The translations under genes and the position numbers were made by a program. 64,000 bases of DNA from Candidatus Bathyarchaeota archaeon (GTDB lineage Archaea; Thermoproteota; Bathyarchaeia; Bathyarchaeales; Bathycorpusculaceae). The stretch spans positions 56,167-120,166 of the forward strand of contig CAVTZU010000023.1 in NCBI GenBank assembly GCA_963739305.1. Direction: 5' to 3'. How positions within the stretch are numbered: position 1 is the stretch's first letter; every line of letters starts with the position of its first letter. The notes beneath the pieces are model-generated. The model did not search any database and was not told where the DNA came from. It saw nothing but the letters and a program-made list of their open reading frames with translations. This document shows, in pieces, positions 40,868-48,522 of the stretch.

Positions 40868-41959
40868 TTATGTAATGAAGTTTACGAGTTTGGCTTCCTT
40901 GGCCAAGCCGGTGGCCTGAATGGTCTCAGCGTCAGTTAGTCTTCGACGTAACTCTGGAATTTCATATGCGCGCCACTCAGGCCTGTACTGGAACATAACG
41001 TTGACTCTGGTTTCAACTCCTAGATTGTCTGCGATCCAGTTGAGAATAGGTTTGGTGCAGCAATCCAGATGACCTGGCAAGACAAGAACACGAACTATGA
41101 TTTCACCGAATCTCTTTGCCTCAGTATGATTCTTGGTGCATACTCTCCAATAGTCGGCAGCATCAGAGATTCTTTCTGCACACTTGCCCGGTCCATACTT
41201 GAAGTCGAGTAGATACACGTCTGCAAAGCCCGCCAACAATCTTGCCGTGTCTTCACTGTAGTAGGTGTTTGAGTTCCAAACAATAGGAACGTTGACGCTC
41301 ACACTCTTGAAAACGTCCAGCCATTGTTGAAGCCATGGCGTGGGTTCACCTCCAACGAGATTAATGTTCCTGCATCCGCTGGAACGCAGCTTCTCGACTT
41401 CTCGAGCAAGGTCCTGCGTGTCGAAAACATTTCCCTTTTCTTCCCACTGAGAGATGGTCCAGTTTTGGCAGTGTTTGCAGCGCATGGTGCAGCCCATTGT
41501 GAAAATGGTTCCGGAGGGGACAAGTTCGGGTTCTTCTCCCATGTGAGCGAAAATACTTGAGACCGCCATTCTTGAGCCGCACCTGCAAAAACCCAGCTTC
41601 CCTTCAACTCTGTTGACTCGGCAACCGCGGGCACAGAAATGGCAATTTTCCAGAATTCTGCTTGCAATCTGGATCTTCAGGTCGAGGTAGGATTTTTCAG
41701 GGTTCGGTATCTGACCCAAATTCTTCCTTCGATCGTCAATCTCCTTCTCAAACTCGTAGAATTCCCGCGTAAGTCTCGCGTGCTCTCGCCATAGGATTTC
41801 AGTCGACTCATCTTGAGAGAAGTCTGCTGGTAGTTTCTTGGCGATTAGGAATTTAGCGAGTTTCTCGTTGTTGAACGTGGAGAAGTATCTGTTCAGGCTC
41901 TTCTTTGCTCTATCGTTTTTGAGAATCGCTTCAGCGTCTGGTCGAAGCAGTTTCCACAT
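40868..41959 (-). CDS. Radical SAM protein, PflX-like
   Basis: CHFCARGCRVNR...GFC, HMGEEPEL, CTMRCKHCQN, VGGEPTP. Confidence 0.9.
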   Translation of the reverse strand: MWKLLRPDAEAILKNDRAKKSLNRYFSTFNNEKLAKFLIAKKLPADFSQDESTEILWREHARLTREFYEFEKEIDDRRKNLGQIPNPEKSYLDLKIQIASRILENCHFCARGCRVNRVEGKLGFCRCGSRMAVSSIFAHMGEEPELVPSGTIFTMGCTMRCKHCQNWTISQWEEKGNVFDTQDLAREVEKLRSSGCRNINLVGGEPTPWLQQWLDVFKSVSVNVPIVWNSNTYYSEDTARLLAGFADVYLLDFKYGPGKCAERISDAADYWRVCTKNHTEAKRFGEIIVRVLVLPGHLDCCTKPILNWIADNLGVETRVNVMFQYRPEWRAYEIPELRRRLTDAETIQATGLAKEAKLVNFIT

Positions 41960-42000
41960 TGTAACTCAATTTTGCGTGTTAGGATTTCCTGAGAGGCCGT

Positions 42001-43044
42001 TTAGAGCACTGAGTGTCCTGCAGTATGCAGTTTGCCCTTGATCGGGATGTCACGACCGCAAACTGGACATCGCATGTCTTTGGTCAAGTTCCAGCGTGTG
42101 ATCGCGAAGCTGTAACGTTTGATAACCATCTCGTTGCAGTTTGGGCAATAAGTGCTCTCGCAGGCATGTCCAGGCACGTTTCCAATGTATACGTAGTTCA
42201 GTCCAGCGTCTTTAGCTGTCATGTACGCCTTTTCAAGTGTTTCAACAGGTGTAGAAGAGGTTCTTGTCAGTTCGTAGTCGGGGTGGAAACGCAACAGATG
42301 GAATGGCGTGTCCTTGCCAAGACCGTCTTTTATCCAGACCGCGAGTTCCCTTATTCTCTCCATAGAATCACCTGATTTTGGGACAACCAGATTCGTGATT
42401 TCAATGTGAATATTGTTCCGACTCATCTCTTTTAACGCCTCAAAGATCGGAGCAACTGAAGGAACAGCCGAAACGGTCTTGTAGAATTCAGGGTCTGCGC
42501 CGCCTTTGAAGTCGACAGTTGCTGCATCCAGGAAAGGCGCTATTGTCTTCACTGCTTCAGGCGTCATGTACCCGTTCGTTACAAACGTGTTGAAGAACCC
42601 AACTTGCCGAGCAAGCTTAGATGTGTCGTAAGCGTATTCGAAGAAGATCGTCGGCTCAGTGTAAGTATAGCTTATTCCCTGACAGCTGTTCTCTCTAGCG
42701 CTTTTGACAACTTCTTCAGGTGGGAAGTTTTTGCCAGAGATTTTCTTTTCTTGGCTTATTATCCAGTTGTCACAGAATTGACAGCGAAAGTTGCAGCCCA
42801 CAGTCGCGATGGACAGAACCATGGCCCCTGGGTTGAAGTGGGAGAGAGGTTTTTTCTCGATCGGATCTACGCCGGCGGATACCACCTTAGCATAGTTGAG
42901 TGAAAAAAGCGTGCCTCCCTCGTTTTTTCGGACGAGACAGAAGCCTGTGCCACCGTCGTTTATGCGGCACCTTCTTGCACAGAGGAAACAGTTTACCTTC
43001 TTGTCGTCTAGCTTCTCATAAAGCATCGCTTCGTGAAGCGACAT
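42001..43044 (-). CDS. amrS: AmmeMemoRadiSam system radical SAM enzyme
   Basis: CFLCARRC...GFC.VR, DPIEKKPL.HF.PG, CNFRCQFCDN, YTYTEP, RFHPDY, YVYIGN, CPNC...CPVCG. Confidence 0.9.
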   Translation of the reverse strand: MSLHEAMLYEKLDDKKVNCFLCARRCRINDGGTGFCLVRKNEGGTLFSLNYAKVVSAGVDPIEKKPLSHFNPGAMVLSIATVGCNFRCQFCDNWIISQEKKISGKNFPPEEVVKSARENSCQGISYTYTEPTIFFEYAYDTSKLARQVGFFNTFVTNGYMTPEAVKTIAPFLDAATVDFKGGADPEFYKTVSAVPSVAPIFEALKEMSRNNIHIEITNLVVPKSGDSMERIRELAVWIKDGLGKDTPFHLLRFHPDYELTRTSSTPVETLEKAYMTAKDAGLNYVYIGNVPGHACESTYCPNCNEMVIKRYSFAITRWNLTKDMRCPVCGRDIPIKGKLHTAGHSVL

Positions 43045-43080
43045 CTCGAACTCCTCTTGAGTCTTCGTTTGATTCTTAGC

Positions 43081-43704
43081 TTATAAAGTGTGGTCTCTCT
43101 TTTCTGGGTCGCTCTCTTCTATTTCGAAGACGAGGGGGGCGGAAGTGGTTTTTATGCTCAGCTTTATGTTTAGTAAGCCTTCAAGAAGACCTGCCCAGAT
43201 GTCCGATTCATTGATGAAAGGTGTTTTTATCAGAAGATACTTATCCTTCAGATAAAAGTCGCCGAACCCCTGAACCCGCAAGCGCTTGAAGACATCCGCC
43301 CATTTTTCGCGTTGCTGCGTCTGTATTCCCAGTGTCGTTTCGATTGAAACTCTTGTCGCCTCACCCATTCTTTTTCCAATTTCGCGCCATTTCTCCCTCG
43401 GCGTGTTCTGAATCAAAATGTTCAGCAATTCCACGTTAACAAATGCAATGCGGCTTATCCCAGCGTAGTATTCTCCGGGAAAACGCCAATCATAGATCAT
43501 CATGCTTCTGTACACGTCGAGCATTTTAGAGATCAACGGTTTGATCCCGGGTTCTTTTCCCTCGCGAATCAGGGAGTCAATGTATTCTCTTTCATCTTTC
43601 TCAAGGATAATTGTCGTTCTTCTGGCAGCTCCTTCGCCTTTGCCGATCATTTCTTGGAGCTTCTTCTCTTTTTCATCCTGCATACTTGGTATATCTCGCA
43701 ACAT
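43081..43704 (-). CDS. Hypothetical protein, possible RHH-like N-terminus and V4R/TRAPP-like C-terminus
   Basis: RRTTIILE...YIDSLI pattern; EIGKRMGE...GFGDF...GLLEGLL pattern (inferred). Confidence 0.6.
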   Translation of the reverse strand: MLRDIPSMQDEKEKKLQEMIGKGEGAARRTTIILEKDEREYIDSLIREGKEPGIKPLISKMLDVYRSMMIYDWRFPGEYYAGISRIAFVNVELLNILIQNTPREKWREIGKRMGEATRVSIETTLGIQTQQREKWADVFKRLRVQGFGDFYLKDKYLLIKTPFINESDIWAGLLEGLLNIKLSIKTTSAPLVFEIEESDPEKRDHTL

Positions 43705-43748
43705 ATTTTATATAATTTATGTACAGGCGTAAGCATACATAGACATAT

Positions 43749-44093
43749 TCATGAACGAATCATGATCAAAAGCATCTTAAACGGCTCAGTTGCTCTTAAC
43801 GAATGCGGCTTATTCGCGGGCATCACGAGCATGTCTCCAACCTTCAATAGTGAGGACTTTCCGGCAACGGTGGCCTCTGCTTCACCGTCCAGAATGTAGA
43901 TCAAAGCGTCGTAGGGCGCGGTGTGTTCACTTAGTCCTTCTCCTTTGTCAAAAGAGAACACAGTCACCGTGCCCGTCTTCTTGTCGATTATCGTTCGGCT
44001 CACGACTGAGCCTTTCTGATATGCAACTAGATCAGTCATCTTCAAAGGCTGCGACAATCCCGCATTCGAGACGTCTTTACGGTTTTGCTTCAT
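43749..44093 (-). CDS. Cupin domain protein
   Basis: SVVSRT, FSFDKGEGLSEHTAP, MPANKPHSL. Confidence 0.9.
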   Translation of the reverse strand: MKQNRKDVSNAGLSQPLKMTDLVAYQKGSVVSRTIIDKKTGTVTVFSFDKGEGLSEHTAPYDALIYILDGEAEATVAGKSSLLKVGDMLVMPANKPHSLRATEPFKMLLIMIRS

Positions 44094-44218
44094 CTTTTCA
44101 CACTCATTGCATTCTAGACGATTTACGTGATGCCTCTATTTAGGCTCAACAGACTAAACGCTTTGGCCAAACACAATTCTACCGAACGATTTTTAACGCG
44201 GCAAACCAGTGTTTAACC

Positions 44219-44276
44219 TGCCGATGACGAGCCTTTTTTGTCTGAAAAGGTGATGTACTCTAGGGTATCTGAGGCA
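44219..44276 (+). ncRNA. Box C/D sRNA (2'-O-methylation guide)
   Basis: Terminal stem TGCC/GGCA; box C ATGACGA 44224-44230; guide GCCTTTTTTGT; box D' CTGA 44242-44245; C'-like GTGATGT; guide ACTCTAGGGTAT; box D CTGA 44269-44272; TTTTAA about 25 nt upstream; about 58 nt long. Confidence 0.8.
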
Positions 44277-44535
44277 AATCATTATATATGTGTGGTATTT
44301 TCTTATTGGAGAGGGCTATTGTGGATTGGCGCGGCGTTATGATTATAGTTTATCTCGGTCTAGCCCTATAGGTTTAACTGAGGGAAGAAGGGCTGCCGTG
44401 AGACATCCATCTCCGAAAACATTGTAGGCACGCTACGCGCAGTGTTTTCTCAGCCCTTCTCCCTTCAAGCTGACCGCTAGAATTTTACAACACATACCCA
44501 GAAAGACAACAGGGCCTCAGGGTATCTGAGGCAAA
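44262..44535. mobile_element. 257-bp att-flanked non-autonomous element or remnant integrated at the 3' end of the C/D sRNA
   Basis: Exact 17-bp direct repeat AGGGTATCTGAGGCAAA at 44262-44278 and 44519-44535; right copy lies in the palindrome GCCTCA-gggtatc-TGAGGC. Confidence 0.6.
44311..44467 (+). ncRNA. Putative structured RNA inside the att-flanked element
   Basis: TATA-like TTATATAT 44282-44289; stem AGGGCTA/TAGCCCT; 17-position stem 44379-44395/44451-44467 (16 paired) closing two inner hairpins; G-U pairs favour the + strand. Confidence 0.5.
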
Positions 44536-44545
44536 AAAGCTGATT

Positions 44546-44776
44546 TTAAGTGATTATTTTGGCTCGTATCAGATACCACAGCAATAATAGGCCCAGCACG
44601 ATGGTACTGAGTCCGGCTATGGCAGAGTACGTGAAGCTCAGCTTTACCACGTTATATATGACGTACAGAACGTATGGTCCGCCGAATAGCAGAAGAGCCA
44701 TGATGATAACTAGTAGCATTTTTATGTACTTTGAACTCGTGAAACCTGCTTTCGTCGATTGTTTTTCCTGAGTCAT
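44546..44776 (-). CDS. Small membrane protein (two TM helices)
   Basis: Start moved to ATG 44776 (MTQEKQS...); two hydrophobic helices. Confidence 0.7.
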   Translation of the reverse strand: MTQEKQSTKAGFTSSKYIKMLLVIIMALLLFGGPYVLYVIYNVVKLSFTYSAIAGLSTIVLGLLLLWYLIRAKIIT

Positions 44777-44820
44777 CCTTGGTCCGCGCCTCAATCGTGA
44801 CCTAGAATTCACGCTTTCTC

Positions 44821-45474
44821 TTATAACCCTTCCTTTACTTCGTTGCCCAGAGCCTTCATCAGAAATTTGAACACTGAAAAGCCGGCTCCACGATCGGCCT
44901 TGAAACCTGTCGTTGCGCCTAAGAGGCATATGCCATCGAGGCCGCGCTCTCTCGCGAGTCCCAGCATCAGGCCGGTAGCTCCAACGACTCTTCCTTTGCT
45001 GTAGATTACGGCTCCTTTCTCCATGAATTCCAACGCAAGTTTAGGCGTGGTGGCAGCCACATACACCTGGGCTTTTTCTTCTTTGACAGGCGCGCCGCCT
45101 AGTGTGACGAGAAAGCTGCAGCCCTTTTTCTGGACGAAATCCAAAGTCTCGCTGCACAAAACATAGTGAGCAACCACGTCATCGAACGAAGGTTGCGTGT
45201 CACCAGTCATTATTATGAAGTCATTCTTCTCCATAGGCGCAGCGTAGAATTCATACCTGGGAAGGTGACAGATTCCCTTGGAGCTAACGGTCACGTAGTC
45301 TGGGAAAGAAGGTGAATACAACTCTGCAAAGGGCTTTGCTCCACTGAACTTCATCAACAGGTAAGCGGCGATCTTGCCGACGTTTCCAAACCCAGGAAGC
45401 CCCTGAACGAAGATTGGGTTCTTGAGGTCTGGACCTGGCATCTGGCGGAGATACGGCTTGTCCATTATTATCAA
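44821..45474 (-). CDS. PAC2-family (proteasome assembly chaperone-like) protein
   Basis: QGLPGFGNVGKIAA, LYSPSFP, TGDTQP, TLGG, VGATGLMLG, CLLGAT. Confidence 0.9.
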   Translation of the reverse strand: MIIMDKPYLRQMPGPDLKNPIFVQGLPGFGNVGKIAAYLLMKFSGAKPFAELYSPSFPDYVTVSSKGICHLPRYEFYAAPMEKNDFIIMTGDTQPSFDDVVAHYVLCSETLDFVQKKGCSFLVTLGGAPVKEEKAQVYVAATTPKLALEFMEKGAVIYSKGRVVGATGLMLGLARERGLDGICLLGATTGFKADRGAGFSVFKFLMKALGNEVKEGL

Positions 45475-45667
45475 CAGCTATTCTCAGTACCTGAGTAACG
45501 TTGGTCTAAAAGGTTTCCATCTCTCCGTCAAATGCAGTATGCTTCCTTACGATTGCCAATATTGATAGTCAGATTGTACTCGTGTTTTTAAGGTGTAAGA
45601 TGTAAGGATAATCTTAAATCGTGCGACATCATACTTTATTAAAGGCGACGCCAAAGAAACTACACAA

Positions 45668-45766
45668 GACGAGCTGGTACAAGCAATGCAACTTCCAAAA
45701 ACTCGACAGTCTGCAGTTTTGACGGCCCAATACATGAAACACTCATTTTTGTCTCCCCAGCTCGTC
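45668..45766. promoter_or_regulatory. Structured element (putative 5' leader RNA) upstream of the major pilin
   Basis: Perfect 10-bp inverted repeat GACGAGCTGG/CCAGCTCGTC with further inner pairing; TTTATTAAA about 25 nt upstream. Confidence 0.45.
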
Positions 45767-45807
45767 ATTGCAGAATCAAATAATTGGGGAGGAGGTGGAA
45801 GAAAACA

Positions 45808-46416
45808 ATGATTAAACTACTGAAAAACCGTTGGGCTCTGAGCACAGTCATCACCACACTCATAATCCTCGTAGTAGCAGTTTTATTGGCAAGCGTCGTA
45901 ACATACTTCGCCATCAACGTCGTCAGTACCAGAGTTCAAGAAGAGAGCCTGACCGTGATGAAAGCACACATATGGCACAACGCAACCGCCACAGCAGGCA
46001 CTTCATCATACTGCGTTGGCTCTCTCATGGTAATTAACACTGGCGGAAGAGACGTGGTGCTGAACACGATCGCCGTTAGAGGTCAAACAAGCCCATGGAA
46101 CGACAGCACGGCCGGCAACCAGAAATTCGTCGCCTACTGCACGACAACCGATCCGATCTCCGTGGATCTCAGTTACATTCCCAACTTCAACTACACCGGC
46201 GGCACTAACTACGAAACTCTCGGCAGCACACAATTCAATTTCACAATAGCCAATAGTAACCTGATCTTGAAATCTGGCGAAACAATGCTGCTCTACGTCA
46301 TAAACCCTGACAGCATATCAGTCAACGACGTAGGATTAACGGTAGGCATCACACTGCACACGGCTCAAGCGATATACTACAGAGAAACCAACATACAAGC
46401 AGTTTCCTCTTCATAA
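45808..46416 (+). CDS. Archaeal type IV pilin/archaellin-like major subunit
   Basis: GGAGGTG ribosome-binding site; class III-like signal KNRWA|LSTVITTLIILVVAVLLA; INTGGRDV; many N-x-S/T sequons. Confidence 0.85.
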   Translation: MIKLLKNRWALSTVITTLIILVVAVLLASVVTYFAINVVSTRVQEESLTVMKAHIWHNATATAGTSSYCVGSLMVINTGGRDVVLNTIAVRGQTSPWNDSTAGNQKFVAYCTTTDPISVDLSYIPNFNYTGGTNYETLGSTQFNFTIANSNLILKSGETMLLYVINPDSISVNDVGLTVGITLHTAQAIYYRETNIQAVSSS

Positions 46417-46480
46417 ACTCCCCTCACACCCTTTTTATTAATTCTCCATCGTTCTTAAGTTAACATGTTTTCTGAAGACT

Positions 46481-46515
46481 ATGTGTAGCTGTGTTCTACA
46501 CACACAATCTCATAT
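46481..46515. promoter_or_regulatory. Palindromic TGTGTAG-N7-CTACACA motif, copy 1
   Basis: atgtgtagctgtgttctacacacacaatctcatat, upstream of pilin 2. Confidence 0.5.
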
Positions 46516-46550
46516 CAGAAATCCAGATTATTGGTTGTCCGGAGATAAAA

Positions 46551-47075
46551 ATGAGGAACATATTGAAGAATCGCACAGCACTAAGCACAGTAGTCACAAC
46601 GCTGATCATCCTAGTCGTTTCAGTGCTATTAGCAGGAGTCGTAACATACTTCGCAATCAACGTAACAAGCACAAGAGTACAAGAAGAAAACCTGAACATA
46701 GCGTATCAGCACGTATGGTACAACGCAAGCTAACGGACGCAGCAAGCAGCCTTTATAGTAACCAACACCGGCGGAAGAGACGTTGTCTTTCAACAAGATC
46801 GCAGTCCGAGGACAAGCATCGCTCTGGACCAACGTTTACTACGAACGCCACTGCGGTGACAGCTGACCCGACATACATAAACGTAACAGACCCGTCAGCT
46901 GCCACTCTAGTTGGTCAACAGCCCATTCATACTGAAGTCAGGCAACAATGGCTGTAATCTATGTCAACCACCCAGACAGCATCACGGTCAATGACGTAGG
47001 TTTGACAGTTGCCATAAGCGTATTCAGCTCGCAAGCCATCTACTACAAAGAGACCAACGTCGAAGCGCAGCCTAA
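46551..47075 (+). pseudogene. Second pilin paralog, disrupted (one in-frame stop, about four frameshifts)
   Basis: MRNILKNRTA|LSTVVTTLIILVVSVLLAGV...HVWYNAS*; then TNTGGRDVV, KIAVRGQ..W, ILKSG and PDSITVNDVGLTV..QAIYYKETNV in successive frames, collinear with 45808-46416. Confidence 0.85.
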
Positions 47076-47139
47076 GACAACAACACCTTTTTTCTCTTTT
47101 TCCTTTTCTTTCTGTTTTCTCTTGGAGGTTTTACGTGTA

Positions 47140-47174
47140 ATGTGTAGCTTTCTGTACACACACAAGTTATCATA
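47140..47174. promoter_or_regulatory. Palindromic TGTGTA-N8-TACACA motif, copy 2
   Basis: atgtgtagctttctgtacacacacaagttatcata, near-identical to 46481-46515, upstream of the minor-pilin/ATPase operon. Confidence 0.5.
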
Positions 47175-47231
47175 CTCATTCAATGGAACTTAACGTGTTA
47201 GGAAGAGGACAGGCTGAAAGAGTGAAAGAAC

Positions 47232-48071
47232 GTGACTGCAACAGCTTTGAAACGAGGATTCGGAATGCGTAGTCATTCACGCAGGGCTTTAGCAATTCCA
47301 GTCACTTTTCTAATCCTATTGGTTTCAATGCTAGGCGTGATATCAATCACATACTACTTCGCAGTCGAAAGAGTCAACGCTGGAAGCCAAGTTCTCAAAG
47401 TTTCTATGGCAAAACAAGCCATGAATTCACTTGATGAAGCGGTGCTCTCTGTTTTGTGGCAGCCTGGGTCCTCACGAACCATGGAATTCGGCGACTTTGG
47501 CGGACAGCTAGACGTACAGCCCTTGTCGAACTGGCTCGTCGTCAATATCACTGACAACAATGGAGTAGCCGACACCATATTCAATTCTAGCGTAGGCGAA
47601 GCAGCATACGAGTTGCCCTATTCCGAGTCCGCGGACACCGGGCTTTACTTGAAAGGAGACAGTCGAGTATTAGTGAATCAAAGTGGTTCACCTGTAACCC
47701 AACTTTACATTAGAAATGGCGCAGAACATCCTGAGGTTTTGCTCCGTTATCGTCTTGTGGCTTCATCGACCACTTCGGGAAGAGAAAACAACCAGACAGT
47801 CAACGATCTACGGATATACATTGTGAATCTCAATGCGTCTCAGAACATCGAACTCATGGGAGAGGTTCCGCTAAGAATCTCATGCTCGGGCGTCGAGACG
47901 ACGGTCAAAACCTATAACGTGACTTACCAATCGACTGCCCTTACTGTAGTTGCGAGTTTGGACGGAGTTCAAGGACAAGTCACGATTCCAATTTCGAGCG
48001 ATACCAACGGCGCGATCATCAACGTTGAGCTGGTCGTGTGCAACGTCACAATTGAAAGGTGGGTGAGATGA
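47232..48071 (+). CDS. Minor pilin-like protein
   Basis: SRRA|LAIPVTFLILLVSMLGVIS class III-like signal; beta-rich, sequon-rich C-terminus. Confidence 0.75.
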   Translation: MTATALKRGFGMRSHSRRALAIPVTFLILLVSMLGVISITYYFAVERVNAGSQVLKVSMAKQAMNSLDEAVLSVLWQPGSSRTMEFGDFGGQLDVQPLSNWLVVNITDNNGVADTIFNSSVGEAAYELPYSESADTGLYLKGDSRVLVNQSGSPVTQLYIRNGAEHPEVLLRYRLVASSTTSGRENNQTVNDLRIYIVNLNASQNIELMGEVPLRISCSGVETTVKTYNVTYQSTALTVVASLDGVQGQVTIPISSDTNGAIINVELVVCNVTIERWVR

Positions 48072-48075
48072 GACC

Positions 48076-48522
48076 TTGCCCTCAATAATACCAAGCTACG
48101 TCTACACGCTTTTTGCCTCAATGATAGTCGGATCTCTGCTAGTAGTCGCCTTCAGCCTATCGACAGTCAACATAAAGAATGAAGCAGAAAAACAGCAACT
48201 CACAAGTCTGGCAGAATACGTGGCCACAAAGAGCTGTCAACTCGTATCAACGATGAAAATGAACAAACTTGCAGTGAATTTCACGCTAACACTGCCATCG
48301 CTCATAGGCAATCAGAGATACTGGGTTCAGCTCAAAAACGACTCTTACTCGGCTTGGGTTGAGACAGGGTATGGAACGACACCACAAACAAGCGAGAACA
48401 GAGTACCAATACCCTCAGAGGTCAGCGCATCAGGCGAATTTATTGGCGGTTCAGGATCTGCGGTCCTGCAGTGCTACACCCAAGGTGCAGGAACCTATCT
48501 GACTCTATCTGGAGGGATCTAG
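48076..48522 (+). CDS. Minor pilin-like protein
   Basis: N-terminal hydrophobic helix; LTLPSLIGNQRYWVQL pattern typical of archaeal minor pilins. Confidence 0.7.
   Translation: MPSIIPSYVYTLFASMIVGSLLVVAFSLSTVNIKNEAEKQQLTSLAEYVATKSCQLVSTMKMNKLAVNFTLTLPSLIGNQRYWVQLKNDSYSAWVETGYGTTPQTSENRVPIPSEVSASGEFIGGSGSAVLQCYTQGAGTYLTLSGGI

Noticed and set aside
44311-44370. H/ACA guide RNA (hairpin followed by AUA)
   Set aside because: No convincing K-turn or symmetric pseudouridylation pocket could be drawn.
44379-44467. Hammerhead ribozyme reading of the three-way junction (contains CGAAA)
   Set aside because: The CUGANGA core is absent (CCGUGA instead), and the GAAA pairs into the adjacent stem, leaving no NUH cleavage geometry.
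46731-46733. Stop-codon readthrough (Sec/Pyl) in pilin 2
   Set aside because: The stop is TAA, not TGA or TAG, and several frameshifts follow it.
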